Positions 63,865 to 64,000 of a stretch of DNA of 64,000 nucleotides are shown piece after piece. The position numbers and the translations under genes were made by a program. The notes under the pieces are model-generated. The model saw nothing but the letters and a program-made list of their open reading frames with translations, was not told the origin of the DNA and did not search any database. Origin of the DNA: Eledone cirrhosa (Eukaryota); assembly GCA_964016885.1 (NCBI GenBank), contig OZ024742.1, forward strand, positions 260,958,001-261,022,000, given 5' to 3'. The stretch's first letter is position 1; the number at the start of each line of letters is the position of its first letter.

Positions 63865-64000
63865 GTAAGTACCATACCTTGTCACTCTCTCTTACACACA
63901 CACTATAAACTCACTTTAGATTTCTTAGGGTTGAGAAACAAATTAATTATAAATGTACCCATATTTAATAGCAGTTAATTAAGAACATGCTAACAGGTTG

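Overview
AT-rich, repeat-dense eukaryotic DNA. The (TA)n/(GAT)n microsatellites, PHD-bearing RTE LINEs and tRNA-SINEs suggest a coleoid cephalopod such as Octopus (inference). Two divergently oriented spliced genes were assembled by hand. On the minus strand are the first three coding exons of a peroxisomal 2,4-dienoyl-CoA reductase (DECR2-like; 6259 down to 2147, continuing left of the window). On the plus strand are 15 phase-compatible exons (13168-63864, 426 codons, continuing right of the window) of an SLC45/SUC-like MFS transporter. The introns contain many transposons: RTE LINEs, a near-intact Tx1/L1-clade LINE in an (ATT)n tract, an internally deleted Penelope-like element, R4/Dong and CRE fragments, mariner, hAT, Helitron, two solo LTRs with 4-bp TSDs, and SINEs. 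The most notable signal is a set of minimal type I hammerhead-ribozyme motifs. Several have a recurrent CCGA (U4C) core, and two families have 80-95 nt stem II extensions. Several also lie in long fold-back palindromes within the transporter introns. All calls are from reading the sequence; repeat boundaries are approximate unless TSDs are given.
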